From NCBI GenBank assembly GCA_012646845.1, contig GCA_012646845.1_4707.1: a DNA stretch of 48,431 nucleotides; one strand, given 5' to 3'. Shown one piece after another: positions 1 through 8,913 of this stretch. Origin of the DNA: a phage. Within the stretch, counting starts at the first letter, position 1; each line of letters opens with the position of its first letter. A program made the position numbers and the translations under genes. The notes beneath the pieces were generated by a model that saw only the letters and a list, made by a program, of their open reading frames with translations, did no database searches and was not told the origin of the DNA.

Positions 1-723
1 CAGGGTACACGTCTTGGCGGATACGCTTATCGCAAAGTGGTTCCTGATAGCGGGTTTACACCGCAATTGTATCGTCATCGTGCTATCATGTTAGCGTTTA
101 CGAGATATGACGCTAACGTTGTTAACTTAACCGTGAACCATAAGAACGGAATTAAAGGTGACGATTGGTTTGATAACCTCGAATGGGCGACATATGCTGA
201 GAACAATCAACATGCTCGTATGGCAGGGTTGTGTATAGGTACATCAAAACCTGTTTTGGTTTATGATTACCGTGCACGAATCGAACGTCGTTTTAATAGT
301 ATCGCAGAAGCGGAACGTGCTTATCCGTACGTGCCGAAAGGACGTTTCAAATGGTGGGTGAACAATCCACCAAAACGTATTCCAGAATGCGATTTGTACA
401 TCAAGTTTGCCACGGATAATACGCCTTGGCCTGAGTGGAAACTCGGAGAAGATCGTCGCGTCGAGGACACCGATGGTCGTGGTATTCTTGCTATTAATAA
501 AGAGACGAACGAGCGACATGTGTTCCCATCGGTAACTGCTGCTGCAAATGCGTTAGGAATCTCCTGGATTACCGTAAGACGTCATTGCGATCGTCGTGCA
601 GTGCCTACGAAACAACCTTGGTGTTTTCGTTATGCTGATGATATTGCCGCCATGCCTGATTTCGATGTTAATAAATTAGTTCCTAAGAAGAAGCGTGTAT
701 TTAATGTTCCATTAGAACGATAA
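1..723 (+). CDS. HNH homing endonuclease (5'-partial; frame is open to position 1)
   Basis: HNH-type motif VNHKNGIKGDDWFDNLEWATYAENNQHA plus a C-terminal DNA-binding repeat-like segment (GILAINKETNERHVFPSVTAAANALGISWITVRR); reading frame continues upstream of the window. Confidence 0.8.
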   Translation, partial: QGTRLGGYAYRKVVPDSGFTPQLYRHRAIMLAFTRYDANVVNLTVNHKNGIKGDDWFDNLEWATYAENNQHARMAGLCIGTSKPVLVYDYRARIERRFNSIAEAERAYPYVPKGRFKWWVNNPPKRIPECDLYIKFATDNTPWPEWKLGEDRRVEDTDGRGILAINKETNERHVFPSVTAAANALGISWITVRRHCDRRAVPTKQPWCFRYADDIAAMPDFDVNKLVPKKKRVFNVPLER

Positions 724-1199
724 CAGGTCCCCCTACTTGTAATGAGTGGGTGAACTCTCTTTAATTGCTGGAAACCTTTAATGCCCCTCCACACCACAAC
801 GCAATCCGAAAGGGTAAACGTGATGGTTGTCGAAAGACAGAAAAAAGTTGGAGGGGATTACCTATGTTGCAATAAAAGCCATCGCTTTCTTGGATAACGA
901 AAGGTAACGATGGTACTAAGGGTAGAAGATAGAAATAAGGTAACCGTAGCAGCGAAGACCCTACGGACTGTCGTGACCGACTCGATGAGTTGGCGTGGTT
1001 AACACGGACAGGCTACGGGTAACGTTCAACGACCATCTGGTTGCGCGGAGTAGGAGAATTAGGATGTTCTCCCAAAAGGGAGAAGTCGGTCGAGGTGTTG
1101 TAGAAACACCGTTTGGTTTGCTAACGCGAATCTAAGACAGGCTAAGATATGGTCTATTTTTCGTTGCGTTCATGTATAGAAATTACTGAACCATCGTAA
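724..1199 (+). ncRNA. putative group I intron catalytic core (P/Q/R/S-like elements)
   Basis: R-like GTTCAACGACCA (1024-1035) and S-like AAGATATGGTC (1144-1154) with compensatory change preserving P7 pairing (GACCA/TGGTC); P/Q-like AATCCGAAAGGGTAAACG (803-820) and GAAAGGTAACGATGGTA (~899-915); several local hairpins; no convincing ORF in 724-1199. Confidence 0.45.
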
Positions 1200-1241
1200 G
1201 AGCTCGATATATCTTCAAGTTATCCAAATGGGCAGATCCTG

Positions 1242-1457
1242 TTGAATCTATCCAGAGCGTGTGTTTTTCGTGAGCTCTCGCGCATTGAGGGCGTCTCTGA
1301 CTATCAATTCAGGAAGTTAGGTATCAACTTTATTACCGGAGGTAAAACGAACGCTGTAGACTTCTGTAGAATCGTTTATAAAGCACCGTCGATGTTCGAA
1401 CTCTTAGAACATTTCGATGCAACGCGTCCAAAAGGGGAAGCGCGGACCATCGAATGA
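1242..1457 (+). CDS. small ORF, possibly 3' exon of an intron-interrupted gene (frame open from 1200)
   Basis: ORF track; in-frame stop at 1197-1199 then open frame to 1457; followed by hairpin plus T-rich tract. Confidence 0.3.
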   Translation: MNLSRACVFRELSRIEGVSDYQFRKLGINFITGGKTNAVDFCRIVYKAPSMFELLEHFDATRPKGEARTIE

Positions 1458-1504
1458 ATCAAGTATGTTGATCATCGTTTAACAAAAAGAAAACGCATGC
1501 GAAG

Positions 1505-1542
1505 CCCCTCCCCCTGGCAGAAGCCGGAGGGAGGGGTGGGGT
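1505..1542. terminator. GC-rich hairpin between convergent genes (CCCCTCCC...GGGAGGGG) followed by T-rich tract on plus strand
   Basis: inverted repeat read directly; T-run 1543-1560. Confidence 0.5.
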
Positions 1543-1998
1543 TTATGTGTTTTTAATTTTGGATTCGTCAATATACTTGGTGTCGTAGGACATATGCTGA
1601 ATTAATTTTCTAGGCTTGATGAAAATACGACACGTGATAAACACATCAGGATCGTATTGTTTCACGCAACGTTCGAAGGCTTGTTTTGCGGCTTGACGCA
1701 TCGATGTTATCTCCCGATCGTCCATCGCATTATCGAATTCGATGTTGATCGTGATTTTATCGGGAAATAAATAGATAGAGTAATCGCTACCAATATCGCC
1801 GTCGTCAAAACGATAATCGTTGTGGTAGTGGTGGAGTTTACCTTCGTGTTCTGTCTGATACCACCCGACGATACTATCAAGACCCATACCCAGGCGTCCG
1901 AATGCTTGGTTAATAATATCTTCGACGACGGATGCGGGTGTGGGACCATTGAACAATCTATCCAGACGTTTTTTCATCGATTCTATTTTCACGGTCAT
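1543..1998 (-). CDS. hypothetical protein, member of a 3-gene tandem paralogue family
   Basis: ORF track; start moved to internal ATG with AGGAA SD; C-terminal half alignable with the next two genes. Confidence 0.6.
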   Translation of the reverse strand: MTVKIESMKKRLDRLFNGPTPASVVEDIINQAFGRLGMGLDSIVGWYQTEHEGKLHHYHNDYRFDDGDIGSDYSIYLFPDKITINIEFDNAMDDREITSMRQAAKQAFERCVKQYDPDVFITCRIFIKPRKLIQHMSYDTKYIDESKIKNT

Positions 1999-2029
1999 CG
2001 TTTCTGTTCCTGTTATAGTCAACATATAG

Positions 2030-2060
2030 CCCTTCCCCGGCCTTGGTGGCTAGGGAAGGG
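2030..2060 (-). terminator. hairpin CCCTTCCC/GGGAAGGG downstream of gene 2076..2540
   Basis: perfect 8-bp inverted repeat; no strong U-tract. Confidence 0.4.
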
Positions 2061-2075
2061 TATGTTTACGGGTGA

Positions 2076-2540
2076 TTACTCTTTGGTGTTAGTTTCTTCT
2101 TCGTTTGGAGAATACTCCACGGTGTGGAATACACAGCCATCGACAAACTTGAGGGTTACGGTAATAGGGAAATCACACGGCATAGCAGACTTCTTAAATG
2201 CGTTTGAGGCAGCTTCAGACAACTGGAGTGCGGCATTAGTCACGCTTGTGTTGAATGGTAGTGTTATGTCGATAAGGATGCGGTGTTTGTAAACATGGAA
2301 GACAACGGTACTGTCAACATCTATACCACGAAACCGCATTGTCGGAATGTTCGTCACGATGGAATAGTATATCCCATCAATATCACTACTTCCCATCGAC
2401 CATTCATCATTTACGCATAGATTTTTCTTAAGGAATTCGAGGCTTCGAGTGACAGCCACGGCAGTAGGCGTGATGTAAGCGTCTTTATGCGTGTCGAAAA
2501 GTCTGTTGACGTTAGATTTGAATGAGTATTCTGCTGTCAT
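2076..2540 (-). CDS. hypothetical protein, tandem paralogue family
   Basis: ORF track; GAGGT SD before ATG; C-terminus DFPITVTLKFVDG...YSPNEEETN aligns with DMPVILTINGHDG...YDPDNENTEE of next gene. Confidence 0.65.
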   Translation of the reverse strand: MTAEYSFKSNVNRLFDTHKDAYITPTAVAVTRSLEFLKKNLCVNDEWSMGSSDIDGIYYSIVTNIPTMRFRGIDVDSTVVFHVYKHRILIDITLPFNTSVTNAALQLSEAASNAFKKSAMPCDFPITVTLKFVDGCVFHTVEYSPNEEETNTKE

Positions 2541-2606
2541 TATTCTACCTCAATGTTTAACCGACACGTGTCCCCACTTAACAAGGGACACGATATCGTT
2601 GATTAA

Positions 2607-3101
2607 TTATTCTTCTGTGTTTTCATTGTCAGGATCGTAGTGGAATTCGAACAGCCCTGAACCGTCATGTCCGTTGATTGTGAGTATAACGGGCATATCG
2701 AATCCTCGGACACGCGAATGAAAACACTGTGCTAATTTTAGTTTGGCGTATGCCGCTATTTCATTGACAGCAATACACGATTCACCTGTTATACTCAGTA
2801 TAACGTCGATACTAACAATGTTGTCGTGCAACGCAAAACGCCAACGATCGATACGAGTATTATCTTTAGCGGGTGTCTCGTTGACGAGATAGACTTTATC
2901 GTCAACTGACAAAGCAGGGCTCCAGCAACGTTCGTTTATTAAATTCGCTTGGAGTTTTAGTATCGTCTGATCGATAATATCCCAACACGTAACCAGCGTG
3001 GTGTCAGGCACTGAACAGAGAAGGGCGAGCACTTTATCCTTTATTTTAAGTGCTTCCGCAGAGCGTCCGCAAATACCATGCATTTCAACCTTCTTATCCA
3101 T
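2607..3101 (-). CDS. hypothetical protein, tandem paralogue family
   Basis: ORF track; start set to ATG at 3101 preceded by AGAGGTGA; paralogous to 2076..2540. Confidence 0.65.
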   Translation of the reverse strand: MDKKVEMHGICGRSAEALKIKDKVLALLCSVPDTTLVTCWDIIDQTILKLQANLINERCWSPALSVDDKVYLVNETPAKDNTRIDRWRFALHDNIVSIDVILSITGESCIAVNEIAAYAKLKLAQCFHSRVRGFDMPVILTINGHDGSGLFEFHYDPDNENTEE

Positions 3102-3126
3102 ATTCACCTCTTTTTTAATCTAAATG

Positions 3127-3495
3127 TTAGTTGGGGTAGGATACTACTTGTTTACCATTTGGTGTATGCAGGATTACCGCTACCTCCAAAACGCGTTGTA
3201 CTGCACGTTCACGTATTTCATCGTAAATAAATAGTTTATGCGAAAAGTCTGCTGGTGTACTGACAACCGCATTGACTTCCACTCTATTCTCTACGTGGCG
3301 TACAACGATATGCTTCACGGGCCCTTCTTTAAGTGTAAGGCAATGCTCGGTAGTAAAACACCGATACTTGGGGCTCCATCTGTCGATATGTTCAAAGATA
3401 ATGGTGGCGATTTCTTTAGCGTCTTTTCTTGATCGTCTGAAATATCTATCAGTCCTATCAAGCATCGTGTTAGCGAGTTTAAAAGCCTTCTTCAT
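3127..3495 (-). CDS. hypothetical protein
   Basis: ORF track; AAGAGGGAGAT upstream of ATG. Confidence 0.6.
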   Translation of the reverse strand: MKKAFKLANTMLDRTDRYFRRSRKDAKEIATIIFEHIDRWSPKYRCFTTEHCLTLKEGPVKHIVVRHVENRVEVNAVVSTPADFSHKLFIYDEIRERAVQRVLEVAVILHTPNGKQVVSYPN

Positions 3496-3525
3496 ATCTC
3501 CCTCTTCTTAGCTACTTTAGGATGA

Positions 3526-4128
3526 TCACATGCTTTCTAGCATATTGACGATCATGGAACCCATACCGAAACTCGGTCTTTCACCGATGTACTCAGCAAG
3601 CTGGCGATGGACGTCTTTTGGATTTCCTTCTTCACCATCGGCGTCGATGTAAACCGAAAAAGAAAATGAATCGGAATCCACGCTGATAACCAGACGACGC
3701 TCATTGCGTTCCTTGAGTGTGTCGACAATAGCTGCTTTCAGTACCGCGATCGCGTTCATCGCGTGCAAGATATCCCCATCGGGTTTCGGCAGATCGATCT
3801 TTTCTTTCAGATCGATATTGATGTTGGTTACAATTGGGTTGAGGTCGACCTTGACATAATCGTTAGGGTACATGCGAATAATCGCACGATCGATATCTGA
3901 ACCGTAAAAGTCAACACGTGGCTTTAACACTTCTTTGTTTGGATCCATGTTTTCATCCATACCCGCCTGTAGAAAGCGTTCTACGTTATCCAGTTCACGA
4001 TAGATTGACGCTTCGATTTCTTTCAGATAGTTGGCTGCGGTTTCATGTTCTTTACGCAGCTCGTCTTTAAGGAGCTGTACGGTGGTTTCACTGGAACGAA
4101 TGCTGTTTGCGAATTGGGTAATTGACAT
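3526..4128 (-). CDS. hypothetical protein
   Basis: ORF track (TTG start at 4158); preferred ATG at 4128 with AAGGAA SD. Confidence 0.6.
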   Translation of the reverse strand: MSITQFANSIRSSETTVQLLKDELRKEHETAANYLKEIEASIYRELDNVERFLQAGMDENMDPNKEVLKPRVDFYGSDIDRAIIRMYPNDYVKVDLNPIVTNINIDLKEKIDLPKPDGDILHAMNAIAVLKAAIVDTLKERNERRLVISVDSDSFSFSVYIDADGEEGNPKDVHRQLAEYIGERPSFGMGSMIVNMLESM

Positions 4129-4176
4129 ATCGAATTCCTTAAATTCTCTTGAGTTCAATTAATGATGAAAAGCTGT

Positions 4177-4201
4177 AAAAAAGGGTGGGGCGAACCCCAC
4201 C
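4177..4201 (-). terminator. intrinsic terminator-like hairpin GGTGGGG-CGAA-CCCCACC followed by U-run on minus strand
   Basis: perfect 7-bp stem, tetraloop, A-run 4177-4182 on plus strand. Confidence 0.6.
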
Positions 4202-4226
4202 AAAACGTCAGACACACGCAGGAAAA

Positions 4227-4649
4227 TTAATTCAGTGACGTGTACAACGCATAACGACTATAGATCTCAACCGCTGGTCCGTTATGCGTTAACAGACCAT
4301 CTCGGTTGTAGTATTGGAAAAATGAATAACGTTTGTCGAAGTGATAAACGAAAGCAATGTCTTTGTCAAGACCTGTGATGCGCGGTCTGTTTTTATCTAG
4401 CAATGCTTTGACTTTTAACAGTGTTGCCGCACGTGCTTTAACATTAGGGATTAATCCATCACAGTCGATATAAACCGTGTAACCTGTTTCAGATGTTGCG
4501 ACGGTTGTATTGCGATTGATGCGGAAGATTTTTGTTTTGTATGTATCATCTTCAAGAATTGGGTTTTGTTTTTCGTATTTTCGTTTACGCAGAAATTCTA
4601 CAACGGTAATATAGTTAGCGGTGATATGTCCGGTTATAGCTTGTAACAT
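4227..4649 (-). CDS. hypothetical protein
   Basis: ORF track; conserved leader with AAGAGGA SD immediately upstream. Confidence 0.65.
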   Translation of the reverse strand: MLQAITGHITANYITVVEFLRKRKYEKQNPILEDDTYKTKIFRINRNTTVATSETGYTVYIDCDGLIPNVKARAATLLKVKALLDKNRPRITGLDKDIAFVYHFDKRYSFFQYYNRDGLLTHNGPAVEIYSRYALYTSLN

Positions 4650-4795
4650 CTTGACATCCTCTTATATTGGATTGATTACAGTTATCTTAAATAGGCGATA
4701 AGATATCTTGCTCTTATCACCTAGGTTGCGTTTTGTTAATAACAAAACGCATCGCCTTAGTGACCTATGTCACTAAGGTAATATAGCCGTGAAAT
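4650..4795 (-). promoter_or_regulatory. conserved promoter/leader element copy A: CTATATTAC motif, two inserted hairpins, conserved 28-nt RBS leader
   Basis: 4650-4677 and 4777-4794 are identical to 32967-32994 and 33039-33056; copy A carries an extra ~51 nt (4726-4776) forming two perfect hairpins. Confidence 0.45.
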
Positions 4796-4830
4796 AGACT
4801 GCGTTAACAAGAAATAAAACAGCATAAAAC

Positions 4831-4870
4831 CTCCTCCCCCATCCTTCAAGAGGACGGTGGGAAGAGGGAG
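4831..4870 (-). terminator. pyrimidine/purine-arm hairpin downstream of gene 4876..5277
   Basis: CCTCCTCCCCC...GGTGGGAAGAGGGAG imperfect inverted repeat (pairs with G-U in minus-strand RNA). Confidence 0.35.
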
Positions 4871-4875
4871 AGAGA

Positions 4876-5277
4876 TTAAATGTCGTGGACGGCATTGCCG
4901 TTTAACCAGCAATACAGCTTAACGCGACACGGATACCGCTTCGTTGCAGCAACCATTTCACCGCGTAAACGCTGGTAGATTTCATCCTGGTGTTCACGTT
5001 CAATGGGGTAATCAGCCCAGCATTCGATCATGACGTCACCATTAGTCAGAATCGTCGTACGCATCCTGTCCTGGACTCGACGATCTTTCCCGGCATTAGG
5101 GAAATACATCCCTTCAGTACGAATAAGGTCGCCACAGGGCATGACTAACCACTCATTCGTTTTGCCGGTATTCTTATAATCCATTACAGCTTGCATTGCG
5201 GTGTCAACGCTAAAAGAAACATAATTCCAAACGGGGGTCCAACGATAGATTGCGGGTTGTTCAAGTGTTTCGTTCAT
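4876..5277 (-). CDS. hypothetical protein
   Basis: ORF track; AGGAAA SD. Confidence 0.6.
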   Translation of the reverse strand: MNETLEQPAIYRWTPVWNYVSFSVDTAMQAVMDYKNTGKTNEWLVMPCGDLIRTEGMYFPNAGKDRRVQDRMRTTILTNGDVMIECWADYPIEREHQDEIYQRLRGEMVAATKRYPCRVKLYCWLNGNAVHDI

Positions 5278-5491
5278 GAGGCGCTTTTCCTATTTTTATT
5301 TTCTGCACAGGATAAATTCAACGGCATAAAGCCCTTCCCTGCCCTTATATGGGGCGGGAAGAGTTTATGACCGCAATGAGAATCTCTCACGACAAGCTCA
5401 CGACGATTATCGCATCACCCCGCGAGTGAGGGAGATCAGGATCACCTCCTACGTCGTAACGACAGTAATCCCGTTAACGTCGCCTTAGGCA

Positions 5492-6130
5492 TTATGCGAA
5501 GCGACGCATGTAACCTGCCAGATAGTTACGTGTATCGAAGTAAGCAATTTCAGGAATTGCGATATTAAGGTCGATAGCACGGATTTCAACTTGGCGACGG
5601 CTTTCATCATAGATCGCATCCATCAGACGCAGTACTGTCAGGAAAGCCATGCGGGTATGGTAGTCCAGCGGCATGTTGTCGATACCGCGATACAGATAAC
5701 GGTTTGCGTTAAATGCCCCTTCGCGGTTATCTTTCCAGATCTTCAGAATATCAGCAAAGGCGGTGCGGAAAACCTCAGGATTATCCACATCCAGTAACGC
5801 ACGGAAAGCAGACATTAAAGACCGCTGATGACGGATCAACGACTGCGGCGTTTGCGGCATGGTCGGACCCATTTCTTCAGCATATTTTTGGAACGGGGCA
5901 ACCAGGGTTGCGGCACGAGAAGCAACGATAGAAATAGCAGAGGATTCATTCACCGCTGGTTTCGCAGGCTTTTCTTCAACGGCGGTTTCCTTCTTCTCGA
6001 CAGCGACCGTTTCCGGTTGTGCTACAACGTTGCTGGTCGAAGCAGCAGCCACACCATTTTCCACGGTGGTCTCTACTGCTGTAATCTTTTCTTCCACTTG
6101 TGCGGAACGTTGGTCTTTATTCTTGCTCAT
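5492..6130 (-). CDS. hypothetical protein (acidic, low-complexity N-terminus)
   Basis: ORF track; AAAGGAAA SD. Confidence 0.6.
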   Translation of the reverse strand: MSKNKDQRSAQVEEKITAVETTVENGVAAASTSNVVAQPETVAVEKKETAVEEKPAKPAVNESSAISIVASRAATLVAPFQKYAEEMGPTMPQTPQSLIRHQRSLMSAFRALLDVDNPEVFRTAFADILKIWKDNREGAFNANRYLYRGIDNMPLDYHTRMAFLTVLRLMDAIYDESRRQVEIRAIDLNIAIPEIAYFDTRNYLAGYMRRFA

Positions 6131-6155
6131 GTCTATTTCCTTTCATTTAACAAGG

Positions 6156-7457
6156 TTAACTAATATAAAGTTCAGGATCGTAAGGCGCTAACGATACACT
6201 GGCGTTATGCATTGCTTTCATCATAGTGTTCATGAAAACGTTGTTTACACCGGTGATCTCTGCCCCGATCGCGTCTGGGGTTGGAGCCATCGCGTTACCG
6301 CAACAGGTAGCACAGTATTCCAACGGACCCGCTTTACAGCGCTGAGGATCACGTAACTTGATGGTTTGTCCTTCCAAGGAAGCGAATAATTCAGCATCAA
6401 TAAGTTTAAGCGCTGCGCCATCGATCATGTAACGGCCGACGAGCAGTTTATCTTTGATGTGGTCGCGGTTTACCGTGAACAGAATATGTTCTTGGGTACC
6501 GCAGTCGTCCATCGTGATCTTAAGGTTCTGTGTTGCACGTTGCGATTCTTTAGCCGTTTGTCCAGCTAAAGCGGTCAACGCACCACGCGAGAACGAACCA
6601 GCACGTGCACTGTTGTTGTACTCCGCCCAATGGTCGACGCGCATCCCTTCGGCCAGGCTGTGCGTGATAACGTTACGTTTACCAGGGTCAACGAAGTCGG
6701 CTTCAACCCCCATCATGATGTGTGTTTTCTTTCGAGTATTACCGAAACTCTTACCGGGGTTAATATAGAACCCTTCCGATTCATCGCCCTTAAAGGATTC
6801 CTTATCCATTTTGGTTAGCGTGGCTTCGAGTTTGATCAGTTCTTCAGGCGTAAACTTACCTTCCTCTTGCAAGCGCGCTAACTCTTTATCACGATAGGCA
6901 ATAATATCATCATCGACCGTTAACGCTTTATCGCTCATTGAAGGCACAATTAAGCGGTTAATGGCGGTTAATGCGCTGATATTGTTGGTGAATTTCTTCA
7001 CCTCGCTTGCGTACAGTGGACCAATCGGACGTTCGTTAGGATCGGGTATTCCCTCTTCGGGATCATCTGCTACGCGCGGTGCAATCAGTGATTCTAGTGT
7101 ACCGCTGGTTAACCGTCCTGCCTGATATTCAATCTGAATACCGAAAGCGTCATAAAGGACGTACATATTGAACAACGCTTCACCGAAGGTTGTGGTGGTT
7201 GTGTTCTTAACCGACGGTAGATCGCCAGGCGCAAGCTCCAACGGATCCCAGAAATTCAACAAGGGTTTTGTTGGTTCTGTTTCCCATTGGTGTTCTTCAC
7301 CGTCGATGGTAACCGTAACGATGTTACCTTGACGACGTAATTTAGGCTGATACTTCTCAGCGCCGCCTTCCGTAAAAGCAAATGCGTCGTTAATCCACTC
7401 AAGATAACGGTAGTGCCCTTCACGCAACGCGTAAAGGAAATAATCACGAGGTGTCAT
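6156..7457 (-). CDS. multisubunit RNA polymerase beta-prime-like subunit, C-terminal fragment
   Basis: ITMDDCGTQEHI matches bacterial beta-prime VTEDDCGTHEGI; downstream C-x2-C-x-G (CATCCGN) and AIGAE segments at the spacing seen in RpoC; AAGGAG SD. Confidence 0.6.
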   Translation of the reverse strand: MTPRDYFLYALREGHYRYLEWINDAFAFTEGGAEKYQPKLRRQGNIVTVTIDGEEHQWETEPTKPLLNFWDPLELAPGDLPSVKNTTTTTFGEALFNMYVLYDAFGIQIEYQAGRLTSGTLESLIAPRVADDPEEGIPDPNERPIGPLYASEVKKFTNNISALTAINRLIVPSMSDKALTVDDDIIAYRDKELARLQEEGKFTPEELIKLEATLTKMDKESFKGDESEGFYINPGKSFGNTRKKTHIMMGVEADFVDPGKRNVITHSLAEGMRVDHWAEYNNSARAGSFSRGALTALAGQTAKESQRATQNLKITMDDCGTQEHILFTVNRDHIKDKLLVGRYMIDGAALKLIDAELFASLEGQTIKLRDPQRCKAGPLEYCATCCGNAMAPTPDAIGAEITGVNNVFMNTMMKAMHNASVSLAPYDPELYIS

Positions 7458-7470
7458 GTAACAACTCCTT

Positions 7471-8343
7471 TTAAACGTGGGTCAGGTCACCGTGACGTGA
7501 AACGAACTCTGATAACGCTCGAGTTGCTTCTTTGGATTCTTCAGCCATCGGGAAGTTTGTGGTAACAAGTTCTCGTAGGACAGGAATGATTTCGTTATCT
7601 TCAAGATCGGAAGCCAACGCGAATGCGATCAGTTCTTGGGTGTACGCATACGGCTGCTGACGTAATGCGGCAAGCTGATTCCGACACTGCGACATTAGCA
7701 GGTCCAGTGGAACCGCTATCGTACCCCCTTCATCAATATACTGACCGAATACCGGTGGGAACGCATCGCTGATTACACGAATTCGTCGACGGATGCGATC
7801 AGGAATCTGGACGTTTTCTTCATCAGCGATATTTTCGCTGTCTTTCTCCAGCTTCTTGGTTAACACCTGCTGGATACGTGGGAGCAGGCTTGAATGCACG
7901 AAACTGATTAATGATGCTACGCCCGCAGCATCGACACCGTAAATATAATGCACGCATTCCGCTAGCGCTTCAGCTGTGGTGTAGTCTTCATCTTCAACGA
8001 TGGCGAGTAGAAAAGCGGTATCGTCATGTGTTTCCAGGTCTAATAACGTAGACGCTAACGCATGAAGATACTTCAGGCTATCCAGGGATAGTTGTCCTTC
8101 GTTAATCCGTATCCCGAAGGCAAGCAATTGTTGTTTATAAAGTTCGATACACCCGTTTGTTAAAATGACATCTAATTCGTTTAAATCGTATTGTTCCCCA
8201 GCACCTGACAACATCGTACTACAAAACGTTTCCAGTTGCTCGCATTTAAAATCTTGGTATAAACGATACATGCAGTGCTGTAACAGCGTACGCCTTGTTT
8301 CAGGGATCTTACCTTCTAACAAAGCCAAGACGGAATCAATCAT
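7471..8343 (-). CDS. hypothetical protein
   Basis: ORF track; ATG at 8343 preferred over GTG at 8349. Confidence 0.55.
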   Translation of the reverse strand: MIDSVLALLEGKIPETRRTLLQHCMYRLYQDFKCEQLETFCSTMLSGAGEQYDLNELDVILTNGCIELYKQQLLAFGIRINEGQLSLDSLKYLHALASTLLDLETHDDTAFLLAIVEDEDYTTAEALAECVHYIYGVDAAGVASLISFVHSSLLPRIQQVLTKKLEKDSENIADEENVQIPDRIRRRIRVISDAFPPVFGQYIDEGGTIAVPLDLLMSQCRNQLAALRQQPYAYTQELIAFALASDLEDNEIIPVLRELVTTNFPMAEESKEATRALSEFVSRHGDLTHV

Positions 8344-8439
8344 ATCCACTCCGATGCGGTAAATGTCTACTAGCTCTCATAATCTATTGAAGAAACTACC
8401 AGCTTACGCCAACTTAGATTAATCAGGAGTAACCATCCC

Positions 8440-8913
8440 ATGCCAGTTTCATCCAAACCAAGAAAAAAATCCGTAGGGAACCCTAAAGCTCAGGAAACAA
8501 CAGCGATTCGTTGGGACGAGTTACGTGAACCTATCGAAAACTGCGAATTGTTATTAGGTACCCTGGGTGCAGCTATTTACCAAGCGACGCAACCCTGTCG
8601 TTTACGATTAACCCAAAACAAACGTGATGAGTTCGTTGCGTTATCAACGAGCACGAATAAAGATCTGACCGAACTTCAAACCGAGTTGACGACGATCAAG
8701 AACTCCATTACGCCGATGTACGGTAAAGAAGTTGATGAACAAAGTATTCTGTTACAGTACAACTACGGGATGTCGTTAATGAACATCCTGGAACGCGCAT
8801 CCGATATTCTGCGTCCTGACGTTGCACGCCTAAGCCAACTGCGTGTCGAAGGGATGGAGAACCAGATCCGATTCGCTAACAGTGTTAAATCTCAAGGAGC
8901 CACCGAAGCATGA
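8440..8913 (+). CDS. hypothetical protein
   Basis: ORF track; ATG at 8440, stop overlaps next start (ATGA). Confidence 0.6.
   Translation: MPVSSKPRKKSVGNPKAQETTAIRWDELREPIENCELLLGTLGAAIYQATQPCRLRLTQNKRDEFVALSTSTNKDLTELQTELTTIKNSITPMYGKEVDEQSILLQYNYGMSLMNILERASDILRPDVARLSQLRVEGMENQIRFANSVKSQGATEA

Noticed and set aside
782-858. Possible tRNA gene (77-nt segment bounded by GCCCCTCC and GGAGGGG)
   Set aside because: No TPsiC-loop consensus (GTTCGAATC-like), no plausible D-arm or anticodon arm at correct spacing; better explained as a stem within the putative intron-like structured RNA.
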